Below, piece by piece: positions 37,644-47,500 of a DNA stretch of 64,000 nt. The translations under genes and the position numbers were made by a program. Positions within the stretch are counted from its first letter, which is position 1; each line of letters begins with the position of its first letter. Under the pieces are notes generated by a model. The model saw nothing but the letters and a program-made list of their open reading frames with translations, did no database searches and had not been told where the DNA came from. The stretch covers positions 26,477 through 90,476 of the IMG/VR virus record IMGVR_UViG_3300037461_001438, one strand, 5' to 3'. Source of the stretch: a virus (taxonomy: Duplodnaviria > Caudoviricetes).

Positions 37644-37979
37644 ATGAAAAAGAAGGTGAAATTTTACGATCGCATCACCGTCGTTGCCCTGGTCGCTGAA
37701 AAGTACGCATCGATCGGCTTTGCCGTATGCGACGAGCAGGACAAGTTCAATGCTGAATTAGGCGAAAGGATCGCCGAGGGGCGCGCACGGCTTGCTCTTG
37801 GCGCCGCCAAAGGCCAGAACTTCCGCCGGCCGGATGTCTGGGGCGACTTCGCACTCTGCGGCCTCGATGTCAGAAACATGAAGGCCCTTCCCAAGTCGAT
37901 CTTCATCAACTCCAACTCGATTCCACCGTCCTCGATTCGCGTGCTCCCGGCTGCAATGATCAAACGGATTACGGCATGA
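37644..37979 (+). CDS. Hypothetical protein
   Basis: GGAGGAG Shine-Dalgarno; IGFAVCDEQDKFNAELGERIAEGRA pattern common in phage proteins. Confidence 0.65.
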   Translation: MKKKVKFYDRITVVALVAEKYASIGFAVCDEQDKFNAELGERIAEGRARLALGAAKGQNFRRPDVWGDFALCGLDVRNMKALPKSIFINSNSIPPSSIRVLPAAMIKRITA

Positions 37980-38269
37980 CGCTTGAAGAAGCCAGACACC
38001 TTTTTTATACCCGCATCGGAAAAGGAAGCGGCCACTCTTTAGAACAAATCGTAGGGCCAGAAAACTGGCGCATATTGACTGATGTTGAAAAATGTAGGAA
38101 CTGCGGGCAATCATGGGGTAAACATTACGATTGGGATTGTCACCCAAAATGGATTACTACGAAAAGTTCCATCTATTCACCACCGGATCATTTCATGACA
38201 ATTTGCAAAAGAATACTCAGCCATGACACCGAACGAAGCAAGAATTCTTTACGAAACAATGGTTCATAA
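37976..38269 (+). CDS. Cys/His zinc-binding protein, tandem paralog 1
   Basis: EAR.LFY...CRNC...H...C...DHFMTIC. Confidence 0.65.
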   Translation: MTLEEARHLFYTRIGKGSGHSLEQIVGPENWRILTDVEKCRNCGQSWGKHYDWDCHPKWITTKSSIYSPPDHFMTICKRILSHDTERSKNSLRNNGS

Positions 38270-38498
38270 AGATGGTGCTTCTGCTTTTCAACACGCTATA
38301 GGCCTAAATAATTGGCAACAAATAAGAGACGATATCTGTGCCAATTGTAAAAAAACGCGCGGCGATCATTTTGATGGCAAATGTTCTTTTTATAAATCAT
38401 CAAAAAAATTTAAATACTACGACGACTTTATTCTTATTTGCATGGAAGCGATTAAATGGACGCCGATGAAGCAAGATTCTTCTACGACGACGCCTTAG
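38223..38498 (+). CDS. Cys/His zinc-binding protein, tandem paralog 2
   Basis: EARILY...DICANC...H...C...DDFILIC. Confidence 0.65.
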   Translation: MTPNEARILYETMVHKDGASAFQHAIGLNNWQQIRDDICANCKKTRGDHFDGKCSFYKSSKKFKYYDDFILICMEAIKWTPMKQDSSTTTP

Positions 38499-38755
38499 CA
38501 AATAATTGGTCTGTTTCCGATATCAAACAAAAAATCGGCTTAGAGGCATGGGCAGAAATTTGTAAAGACATCTGCGCAAACTGCGGCGGCCTTCGAGGTG
38601 CCTGCCACTGGAACGGCCGCTGTGGCCAATCATTATCAAAAAAGATGTTCAAGCTTAAAGAAGACCCGTTTATCCTGACTTGCAAAAAAATCATAAGGAG
38701 AACAAATGAAAGCCTGGCCACAACTTTACGCGATCGCATCGACCGGCAAAGTTAA
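38456..38755 (+). CDS. Cys/His zinc-binding protein, tandem paralog 3
   Basis: EARFFY...DICANC...H...C...DPFILTC. Confidence 0.65.
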   Translation: MDADEARFFYDDALANNWSVSDIKQKIGLEAWAEICKDICANCGGLRGACHWNGRCGQSLSKKMFKLKEDPFILTCKKIIRRTNESLATTLRDRIDRQS

Positions 38756-39800
38756 GACCTGGCGGATCGCCGTCGAAGAGTCAAACGACGGCGCCGTCAT
38801 CAAGGTCAAGCACGGCTACATCGACGGAAAGCTCACCGAGCAGGTGAAGCTCGTCAAGTCTGGCAAGAATATCGGCAAGGCGAACGAGACGACCCCGGTC
38901 GAACAGGCCATCAGCGAGGCGGCGAGCGCGTTTCAGGAGAAACTCGACAAAAAGTATATCACCGAGATCCCCAACGGAAACAACCTGCTGGCGATCATCC
39001 TGCCGATGCTCGCGCAGGATTACCGCAAACGCGCCCATGACATCGTCTTCCCGGCCTACGTCCAGCCGAAGTTCAACGGCGTGCGCTGCCTGGCCCACAA
39101 GGTCGCCGATGACAAAATTGAATTCATCAGCCGCAAGGGCAAAAGCTACAATAACGTCTGCGAACACATCCTGTGCACGCTCTTGCCTGTCATGGAGGTC
39201 GGGGAGATCCTTGACGGAGAGCTCTATCATCACGACTGGAGCTTCCAGAAGATCCTGCGAACGGTTAAAAAACAAAGGCCCTGGGGCCAACAGCTGCAGT
39301 ATCATATTTATGACATGGCCGACGAATCGATGACATTCACCGAGCGCCTGGCAAAGCTGGTTCGTTTTGAATACGAACCAACCGTCATCGTCGTTCCGAC
39401 GCTCATGGCCGAAAACGACGAAGCCGTCAAATCGTGCCACAACATGTGGGCCTCGGCCGGGTTCGAGGGTGTCATCATCAGAAACGCCATCGGCAAATAC
39501 AAATTCGACTATCGGTCGAAAGACCTGCAAAAGTACAAGGAATTCATCGACAAAGAGTTCCAGATTGTCGGGTTCGACGCGGAGCCCGTGGTCGACAAGA
39601 AGGCGATCATCTTCATCTGCAAGCTCGAGAACGGCAACACCTTCAGCGTTCGCCCACGCGGGTCGATCTTGACCCGCATCAATTGGTATGCCGAAGGCGA
39701 AACGTTCATCGGCAAGCAGCTGACCGTCCGGTACCAAGAGCTCTCCGAGGACAGCGTCCCGATCTTCCCTGTCGGGATCGCTGTGAGGGATTACGAATAA
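38706..39800 (+). CDS. lig: ATP-dependent DNA ligase with N-terminal WGR-like domain
   Basis: QPKFNGVRC (motif I), LDGELY (III), EGVIIR (IV), KYK (V), LTVRYQELS...PIFP. Confidence 0.92.
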   Translation: MKAWPQLYAIASTGKVKTWRIAVEESNDGAVIKVKHGYIDGKLTEQVKLVKSGKNIGKANETTPVEQAISEAASAFQEKLDKKYITEIPNGNNLLAIILPMLAQDYRKRAHDIVFPAYVQPKFNGVRCLAHKVADDKIEFISRKGKSYNNVCEHILCTLLPVMEVGEILDGELYHHDWSFQKILRTVKKQRPWGQQLQYHIYDMADESMTFTERLAKLVRFEYEPTVIVVPTLMAENDEAVKSCHNMWASAGFEGVIIRNAIGKYKFDYRSKDLQKYKEFIDKEFQIVGFDAEPVVDKKAIIFICKLENGNTFSVRPRGSILTRINWYAEGETFIGKQLTVRYQELSEDSVPIFPVGIAVRDYE

Positions 39801-40093
39801 TGCCATACGGACATCTTACCTGGCCGGAATACGAATCTGCCGAAGAAATCGTCATCGAGTCCGGGGTTCCTATTCCGGAAACCCATGTCGTCAGGCGTGA
39901 ACCAAAATATGAGTACCCATTTTTTGAAATGAAAGTGGGGGATTCTTTTTTGATTAAATCCGACGACCCAGACCATACGGAAATGTTTCGCGGCAGGGCG
40001 TTGTCATGTGCAAGAGATTATAAGCTTTTCAATATGAAATTTACAACACGCGTCATTGGATACAAAACGGTTCGTGTCTGGAGAACGCAATGA
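39800..40093 (+). CDS. Small phage DNA-binding-like protein (paralog of 40387)
   Basis: IESGVPIP...YPFFEMKVGDSF...VRVWR. Confidence 0.65.
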   Translation: MPYGHLTWPEYESAEEIVIESGVPIPETHVVRREPKYEYPFFEMKVGDSFLIKSDDPDHTEMFRGRALSCARDYKLFNMKFTTRVIGYKTVRVWRTQ

Positions 40094-40386
40094 ACACTCT
40101 AAAGAAAATATCCGTCACCAACACGAAGCTTTCAAAGCTGCTTGCAGTCATCACGATCGACCCGAGCCGCGAGCCCGAGCTGCGCCGCGTGCTTGCCGAA
40201 ATCAAAAGGGAAGCCAATGAGTACCTCAAAACAGAAAAAGCGGCGTAAGTTCATGGTCATCGAAAGCTGTGATGAATGCAAGCACTACGAGGTATTTGGT
40301 CATGAGGTGTGGTGTTTCGAGCTCAGCCGGCAATTGAAAAGCAAGACATACAGGATTCCCAAAGATTGCCCATTGGATGACGACCC

Positions 40387-40641
40387 ATGCATCAAATAAA
40401 AATAGAAAAAGGTATCCCTGTCCCTGAAGTCAAACAGACGACCCGCCGCAGGTACCCAACCGACATCATGAAAGTCGGCGAGTCGTTCTTCATCTGGTGC
40501 AACAACTGGGAAAGTGCTGCACGAATCCGGAACACGGTCTATTCGTCCGGCTATCACCTGCGCAAAGAAGGTAAAAAATTCGTCGTGAAAATCGTTGTCG
40601 AAAACGACCAAACCGGAGTTCGCTGCTGGAGGGTCAAATAA
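40387..40641 (+). CDS. Small phage DNA-binding-like protein (paralog of 39800)
   Basis: IEKGIPVP...YPTDIMKVGESF...VRCWR. Confidence 0.65.
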   Translation: MHQIKIEKGIPVPEVKQTTRRRYPTDIMKVGESFFIWCNNWESAARIRNTVYSSGYHLRKEGKKFVVKIVVENDQTGVRCWRVK

Positions 40642-40905
40642 ATGCCTGAACTTCACAGATACAATTGCGGATGCATCGGATTTGCGGCGGATGAAAACGG
40701 CAACGCCATCATCGTCGACGTCTGCGACGACTCTGACGGGACACCTCACACATTCACATGGCGCGACATGTCGGGGAAGGATTCCGAGGTATTGAGCCCC
40801 GAGGAGGCGAACGAAATCTTCATGGAAATCGATTTCCTCATTGCCCAGGGATATCGTCTGAGGGAAATCAGATTTCTCATGGGCATCAAGACGGAGACTC
40901 TATGA
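40642..40905 (+). CDS. Hypothetical protein
   Basis: Abuts the previous stop codon; coding-like. Confidence 0.55.
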   Translation: MPELHRYNCGCIGFAADENGNAIIVDVCDDSDGTPHTFTWRDMSGKDSEVLSPEEANEIFMEIDFLIAQGYRLREIRFLMGIKTETL

Positions 40906-41150
40906 AAAAAATAGCCATCATCCTATTTGTACTGCTTCTGGCCGCCTGCACCGACCCCTCTGTCGCCCGCCGCGTTCTCGAATCAAACGGCTACACCCAG
41001 ATCGAGATCACAGGCTACAACATGTTCGACTGCTCAAAGGACGACTTCTATCACACCGGATTCCGCGCGAAGGCCCCTGGCGGGAAGGTCGTGTCGGGTA
41101 CGGTTTGCAGCGGGCTTTTCTTCAAGGGCAACACGATCAGATTTGATTAA
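40902..41150 (+). CDS. Small lipoprotein
   Basis: MKKIAIILFVLLLAAC lipobox; conserved-looking CSKDD..HTGF...SGTVCSG. Confidence 0.75.
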   Translation: MKKIAIILFVLLLAACTDPSVARRVLESNGYTQIEITGYNMFDCSKDDFYHTGFRAKAPGGKVVSGTVCSGLFFKGNTIRFD

Positions 41151-41181
41151 AATACGCAAACAAAAAGAAAGGAAAGTGAAA

Positions 41182-41406
41182 ATGGGAGAGCTGCGATGCC
41201 TTAATGAAACCGGCGACACCAAGATGATCTGGGACCCCGACAATAAGGATGAGGTCGAGGTCGCCGAGAATCAGTTCAACGCCCTCAAAAAGAAAGGCTT
41301 CCAGGCCTATTCCGTCAAGAAGGGCGGCGAGAAGAACAAGCCGATCGACAAGTTCGACCCGGACGCCGGCATGATCATCATGGTGCCCAAAATCGTAGGG
41401 GGGTGA
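41182..41406 (+). CDS. 74-aa protein ending in di-Gly, candidate ubiquitin-like (beta-grasp) protein
   Basis: GAAAGG Shine-Dalgarno; C-terminus MIIMVPKIVGG-stop. Confidence 0.7.
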   Translation: MGELRCLNETGDTKMIWDPDNKDEVEVAENQFNALKKKGFQAYSVKKGGEKNKPIDKFDPDAGMIIMVPKIVGG

Positions 41407-41410
41407 TGCC

Positions 41411-42034
41411 GTGGCAACGTACTATTACGACACGAGCGACACTTGGGGCAACTGGACAGGTTCAACCAGCACCATCAGCTATTCAAACTCAGCATGGACC
41501 ACCTGGACAAGCGCTGGAACAGGCACGGCCACTTCCACCACCAGCGACTACTACATCTGGACCACCTGGGCGGATGTCTCCGAAGCCCAGAAGGAAACCC
41601 GAGAGCAGCGCCGCGCGCGCGAGGCCCAGGCCAAGATCGAGGCACAGGAGCGGGATGCCGTCATCGAGGCGAGAAAGCAGGCCGAGCTGACGGCGCAGAA
41701 GCTTCTTGAAGATCTTTTGAACGCCGAAGAAGCGGAGGTCTACCGGGAAACCGGCCGCGTCCTCATCAAGGGCCAAAAGCACGACTACATCCTGACCAAG
41801 GGCTATCAGACCGGGGTTCTGAAGATTGAAAAAGGCAAGGTGATCGACCTGAAATCCCACATCGGACGCGTGCGCGGCCGGCGTCTTTGCGTTCACCCGG
41901 TCGACCTGTCGAAGCTGCCCGATACCGACAAGGTCATCGCCATGAAAGTCGCCCTCGAGGCCGAAGAGGACAGGATGCTCAAACTGGCGAACGATCACGG
42001 CGAGCAGGAGCTCAACCTGGCTGCAAATGGGTAA
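41411..42034 (+). CDS. Hypothetical protein with Ser/Thr/Trp-rich N-terminus and C-terminal LCVHP...PDTD domain
   Basis: GTG start 4 nt after the -GG gene; 207 aa. Confidence 0.7.
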   Translation: MATYYYDTSDTWGNWTGSTSTISYSNSAWTTWTSAGTGTATSTTSDYYIWTTWADVSEAQKETREQRRAREAQAKIEAQERDAVIEARKQAELTAQKLLEDLLNAEEAEVYRETGRVLIKGQKHDYILTKGYQTGVLKIEKGKVIDLKSHIGRVRGRRLCVHPVDLSKLPDTDKVIAMKVALEAEEDRMLKLANDHGEQELNLAANG

Positions 42035-42038
42035 AATA

Positions 42039-42196
42039 ATACCGTGCGGCGTGGAAGGACACGCAAAGCAAAGGCCGTAAAGGCTACAAACTTACAACGG
42101 CGAACGTTTAGCCCGGTACCTCGAGCACTGTCGGGTGTAAACAGGGTTATAGCCCCAATGTCCGTTGCAGCCGGTACTCAAGCCCGACCACGGTAT
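42039..42196 (+). ncRNA. Second tRNA-like RNA with expanded central domain
   Basis: 8-bp closing stem ATACCGTG/CACGGTAT; D-arm GCGT-GGAAGGAC-ACGC at the canonical offset; T-arm-like GCCGG-TACTCAAGC-CCGAC; internal stems CAACGG/CCGTTG and CCCG/CGGG; occupies the whole intergenic gap. Confidence 0.6.
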
Positions 42197-42220
42197 ATTA
42201 AACCTAAAGGAGAAAAACAA

Positions 42221-42439
42221 ATGAAAGTCTTCGTTTGGAGACGCATTGGACAGGCAACCAATAATTATCATTCAGAAGGTGGCGTTGTCGTCTTTGCAAA
42301 AAGCGAGAAACGCGCACGAGAGATCGCCAACGCCGTTGACGGCTGCTGCATCGAGGACTCCGAGGCACCCAACGACGTCCGTGATGTCACCGACGGCAAA
42401 GAGGCGGTCTACATCATGCCCGATGCGGGGTGCTGCTGA
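42221..42439 (+). CDS. Small hypothetical protein
   Basis: AAAGGAG Shine-Dalgarno; GGVVVFAKSEKRAREIA...PDAGCC. Confidence 0.65.
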   Translation: MKVFVWRRIGQATNNYHSEGGVVVFAKSEKRAREIANAVDGCCIEDSEAPNDVRDVTDGKEAVYIMPDAGCC

Positions 42440-43227
42440 AGATGGCTCATAATTCATCCAACTACAGCCAGCGCGGGACACCGGCCTCAAGTCAGATCAT
42501 TTTTCTGGAAGACAAGGTCAAAAAGCTCGAGGAACTTCTGGAATCGGCGGAGAAAAAGAATCGGCAGCTGTCTCTCTCGGTCGCCTTGCTGGAGATACAG
42601 CTCAAATGCGCCAAAGAACTTTGCCAGGTTTATTACAATATGGCCATGGAAGGCAAAGAGGAAGACGAACGATGGATGCGGCTTTTTACCTAACAATTCC
42701 ATCCATATGAGAAAATAATGGCCCCAAAAATTAAAAACTGGACTTTATTTGTCGAATATGAATGCCCTGTCGGCAAAAAGAAAACCATGGCAAAAGGCCA
42801 TGTCGGCTGGAATATTGGCCTTGGTGGCGACAGCGGTTTTGCGGCAAACTTCATTCTATAATTAAAATAGATTCATGGTGAACATTATGTATAACGATCT
42901 TAAAGAATCCATCGAAGGCATTACCAGCAGAAAAATATCGAGCTGCACCCAAAAGGACATCACAATAATCCACCAGGAGTATTTCACGCTGCTCCAGGCT
43001 TACGAGAACGCCGTCAAAAATCTTGATCTGATGGAGATCTGGCATCACCTGAACAAGCTACAGACCGACTGGGACTGCCTTTTAATGGACATGCAATCGA
43101 GCCACGATCAACGGCTGCCGAAGCATGCTCTCGACATGATGGCAAAATACACAAGCAAGAGTCTCCAAGAGGCAAAGAGCAAACTTTCCGACCAAATGAA
43201 AATAATCGAAACAGGAGGACTTCTACC

Positions 43228-44511
43228 GTGAGCCATTTTCTCGTTCTTGTTGTTGGCGATGACGTCGAAGGGCAGCTTGCGCCGTTTCAGGAAAACAACA
43301 ATGGCGACTGTCCGCAAGAGTACCTGGCGTTCAATGACTGTACCGAGGAGGTCATGAACGACTGGGAGAACGAGATGAACCAAGAGTTCTACCCAAACCG
43401 TTCCTACCAGGATCCGGAAGCCTTCGAGGCGTTCGAAGGCGGCATCTACCATGTTAAAAATCTCTATGGCGAATTTAACCCCGACGAAATCTTCTGTATC
43501 TACGGCGCCGACAGGGAAACCCAGAAGCTCTGGTTCAAGGTTGTCTCAGCCTCGATGACCGATGACACCCGCCGCAACCATGAGCTTGTCCTCGAAAAGA
43601 TCGACCCGCCGATCATGACCCCCGTCAAGGAGGTCTACGCAAACATCGACGAGTATGCCGAAGAGAAAGGCTACAAAAAAGAGAACGGCCGCTACGGGTA
43701 CTATGAAAACCCCAACGCCAAGTGGGATTGGTATATCGTCGGCGGCCGTTGGAGCCACTGCCTGAAGCTCAAAAAGAACGAAGACGTACAGTTCGACCCC
43801 TCGCCATTCACCATGAAAGAGGTCGAAGAGCTCGTCGAAATGCTTGGCGTCGACGGCAAAAAGTTTTCCCAGTACATCGATGGCTACATGACCAAAAGAA
43901 CGGCAATCCTCGACACCGTCGCCAAATACATCGACGCCCATTGGCCGACCGATTACATCATTGGCGGTCTTGGCGTTTTTGACGACTTGGCGATTAAAAA
44001 AGGCGACAAAAACATTTTTGACATAAAAGTCCCCGGCTATTGCGACGGCACCAGAAAGCAGCACATCGACGTCGAAGGCATGGAGGCCCCTAAGCGTGAA
44101 CGCTTCTCCGAGGTCTGGGATGGCTTTCATCAAAAGCGTGAAACAATCGGCATGAGCTACGCCGATCTTGTCAACTCTATGGACGAGCCGACCGACGAAA
44201 AGCCCTTCAGGGACACCTGGAAGAGCGTGCCGGAAGAATTTAAGAAATGGATCGACGACAACCTTGGGTTTTTCCATGGATATAAAGAGCTGAAAGAACT
44301 CGCGATCATGTCCAAAGACGAGTACGTCGCCTGCCAAAGCGCCTGGTGCCCTTACGCGCTCCTCTGGAACGGCAAGTGGTATTCCCGTGGCGATATGATC
44401 TGGTTCGGGATTTCGATCCGCGAGGAGAGCCAGTGGACCGGATCGTTTCGAGAGCTCTGGAAGGAGATTCCCGACGACGCAATGATCACTGCGGTCGACT
44501 GTCACATTTAG
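43228..44511 (+). CDS. Conserved phage hypothetical protein (427 aa)
   Basis: MSHFLVLV...QLAPFQEN, ENPNAKWDWYIVGGRW, YALL..GKWYSRG.M.WFG, VDCHI pattern common in phage genomes. Confidence 0.8.
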   Translation: MSHFLVLVVGDDVEGQLAPFQENNNGDCPQEYLAFNDCTEEVMNDWENEMNQEFYPNRSYQDPEAFEAFEGGIYHVKNLYGEFNPDEIFCIYGADRETQKLWFKVVSASMTDDTRRNHELVLEKIDPPIMTPVKEVYANIDEYAEEKGYKKENGRYGYYENPNAKWDWYIVGGRWSHCLKLKKNEDVQFDPSPFTMKEVEELVEMLGVDGKKFSQYIDGYMTKRTAILDTVAKYIDAHWPTDYIIGGLGVFDDLAIKKGDKNIFDIKVPGYCDGTRKQHIDVEGMEAPKRERFSEVWDGFHQKRETIGMSYADLVNSMDEPTDEKPFRDTWKSVPEEFKKWIDDNLGFFHGYKELKELAIMSKDEYVACQSAWCPYALLWNGKWYSRGDMIWFGISIREESQWTGSFRELWKEIPDDAMITAVDCHI

Positions 44512-44519
44512 GAGGCGTC

Positions 44520-47500
44520 ATGAAATTTTGTCTCGAGATTGATCTGTCGAAGATTGAGGACTCCAAGTCGCAATGGGCTATCATCGTCCGGCAACGCCTC
44601 GAGTGGGTCCAGGATCGCCTGCGTCATGATGAACCCAACGGCCCGATCACATACTACGGCGTGGGGGAGGTCGGCAGGTACTGGATGGAGGGGGAATCCT
44701 GAGTCGATGACAACAAAAATCTACGACGCAAATGGGAACCCGATCCCGGCCGAGTTCGACCCTGAAACCCGCGTGTGGCCACACGGCGTGCATGTGGTGC
44801 ATTCAGACCCCGGGAGTCTTTCGATCCGCTATGGCGTCAAGCCAGCGTCCGACTTTGGACTGATGGCGGCGGCGATCCTGAAGCGCGACCGGATCGAGAA
44901 GGCAATCGAGTGGGGTTATACCCTTAAATCAAGGGAAACCCTGACGCTCGAGCAACGGCTCTTGTTCGAAAAATTTGTCAGGGCCGGCGGCTGCAGGACG
45001 CTTTATTCGTGCAGCATCGCGCAGATTTACGACAAGATCATCGAGGAGCTGACGTCATGACGACTGATGCGGCTTTTTATGGCCCCGATGACCGCTCGCC
45101 TAACTCTGTTTTCTTCATCGAGAATCAGATGCCGAACGGCCGGTGGCTTATCGACGGCAGCTACGATTTTTCATGGTTCAGAACCAGGGAAGAGGCCGAA
45201 ACATTCGCCGCCAGTTTATATGTTGAAGGCATCAAGTGGCGTGTTGTTGAATTCAGGAGAATGCCAGAATGCTCATCACAAAAATATTCGTAAACGAAAA
45301 GCAAATCGACGAAATCTGGATTAGCAGCACCGGAGAGTTCCGTAAAGGAATCTATACATATGACATCGTCAAGCCCGAGCTCCCGGAGCCGGAAAGGGAG
45401 ATCATCCACGAGCGCGCCAAGGGATACGAAAGCCTTCTCATCCAGGCGTTGTCACGAGTGGAACTTGTACGACTGCGACCTGTGCAAAAACAGGGTGGGG
45501 TCGAGCCCGATGGGAAGTCTTGTCTTGATGAGGCCCGATGAAGTACCGGCCCGATTTCATGACAAGCGCCTGGGTCAGTATGCATTTTGCCGCGGTTGGT
45601 GCGCACTCATTGTGAAGGCGATGAAGGACTACGAGGTCAATCATGTGTAATCATACTCATAAGAATTCCAAGGTCCCCAAAAAGAAAGAAGGCATCGGCT
45701 ACAAAATCTTCAAAAGGTCCAGTGACGGCGAGCTTTTACCGCTTGTCGGTTTCGGGAGATATGACCGCAATCAGGATGGGACGATCGGATGGAATCCTGC
45801 TTTTGGGTCCAGATTGAACGGCGGTGACGACTATGGTTTCTGCTGTTTCGCAAGCCTGAGAGAGGCTTCCGACGCACTCTCTTCGTGGGGCCACAACCGC
45901 GACTTGCGAAGCCACAACCTAGGCATCTATAAAATCATGTATTTCGACGCCATCGCGCGCCATCTCGAAACGTCGATGTGCGACCGCTTCTTTTATCACC
46001 CCGGCAGCCCGAAGACTGGCTTTCGGGTCCTTCTCGTCAAAAAATTCAAGGTGGTGGCGAAAGTCTCGGAGGATGTGCAATGAATAAAATTATAGACTCA
46101 TGTTATGCCCTGGTAATGCTTTGGTCAAAGCATTGTATCAATTCAGATGAATTCGCTCGAGAGTTTAATAGTCTTTGCAGAGAGCTGCAGGAATACGATG
46201 AAGATAGATATATGACTGCTTTCCGGGAGGGGATGCACCGTGAAACACATATCGATCAGCCTTGAAGTTAAAGTGGTGGTAAAGGCCACTGATGATGCTT
46301 CGCTGCAAGATGTCGAATCCGCTCTCGTTTGGGGCATGAGCGGCACGGAAAACATTCGCAACGGCAGCATTGAAAGCTGCGAAGTTCAGCAATATCACAT
46401 GCTGGAATCGGAGGCGCCGTGAACCTGAAAAGTCTTAATGATTTACATCGTGAAACAGAACTTAAAATTCACAAAGCCCGGCTCGAGCTCTGTGAAAAGC
46501 TGCAGTCCTGGAACCGGGCATTGCCGGGCGTCACGCCGCTCGGGAAGAACGCGGCCGCAAGCCTCGTGAACGGCAAGCTCACCGCACGGATCTACATCGC
46601 CGAGGCCCAGATGAGCCGGGTTACAGAAATCATCATGAAAACGCCGGTGGACCAGATCTGGCCGGTCATCAAGAAAGAGCCGCTGCACCCGGCGTTTCTG
46701 AACTTTATCCGTGAGTGCATCGGCGAGGAACCGGATGCGTGAAGGTAATCTGCATAAGCCGCTTTTCAAATCTCGTGCTTTTCAGTTTCTTCAAGATCTA
46801 TGATTTTGAGATTCTTCCGCAATATGCGCCATATCAAATTACGGCACCCGTATCGAAGTCCCCAAGGGCTTTTTTGAAGAGCATTTCGTATCTTTTGAGG
46901 AGGAAGGTTCATGGCAATGTATATCCACAGCTGGTGCTGCAACGCGCACTGGGAACTCGTGATCAACGGGGATAACAGCCTGGCTGTCGTCTGCGAAGAG
47001 TGCGGCGCGTTCGGCGCCATAATCCCGGGCCTGTATCGCAAGGACGGCACCCAGATGATCTTCCGCCATGACCAATGCCAGTGCGAGGTGTGTAAACATG
47101 AAACCTGAACCGGTCGAAGACCATCAGTGGCACTCGCTGAAGCTCCGGCTTAATAAAGAACCGAGATGGTTCTGCGAAACCTGCAATCGTGAGGTCGGGC
47201 CGCTGATCGTTGATTTCTATTATGAAGACCCGTGGGTCGAGTTGCGGCCCATGGCTCCACGGAGATAGGCTATGGCCATCAAAGTTAAAGACCTGAAAAC
47301 CTTCCTCGAGCAGCTCGACCCGGATGACTATGTCGGGATCAGCAACATTATCGATTTGACGTCTGTAAATCGGTTTACGTCGGATCTCAGCATGTCTCAA
47401 CCGAAGAGCTCGACGGGCTTGTCAACAAGGATTCATTGAATGGTGCCGTCAGAGGCATCTACATGAACCAGGCGACAGCTGTAGGGCCCCATACCCAAAT

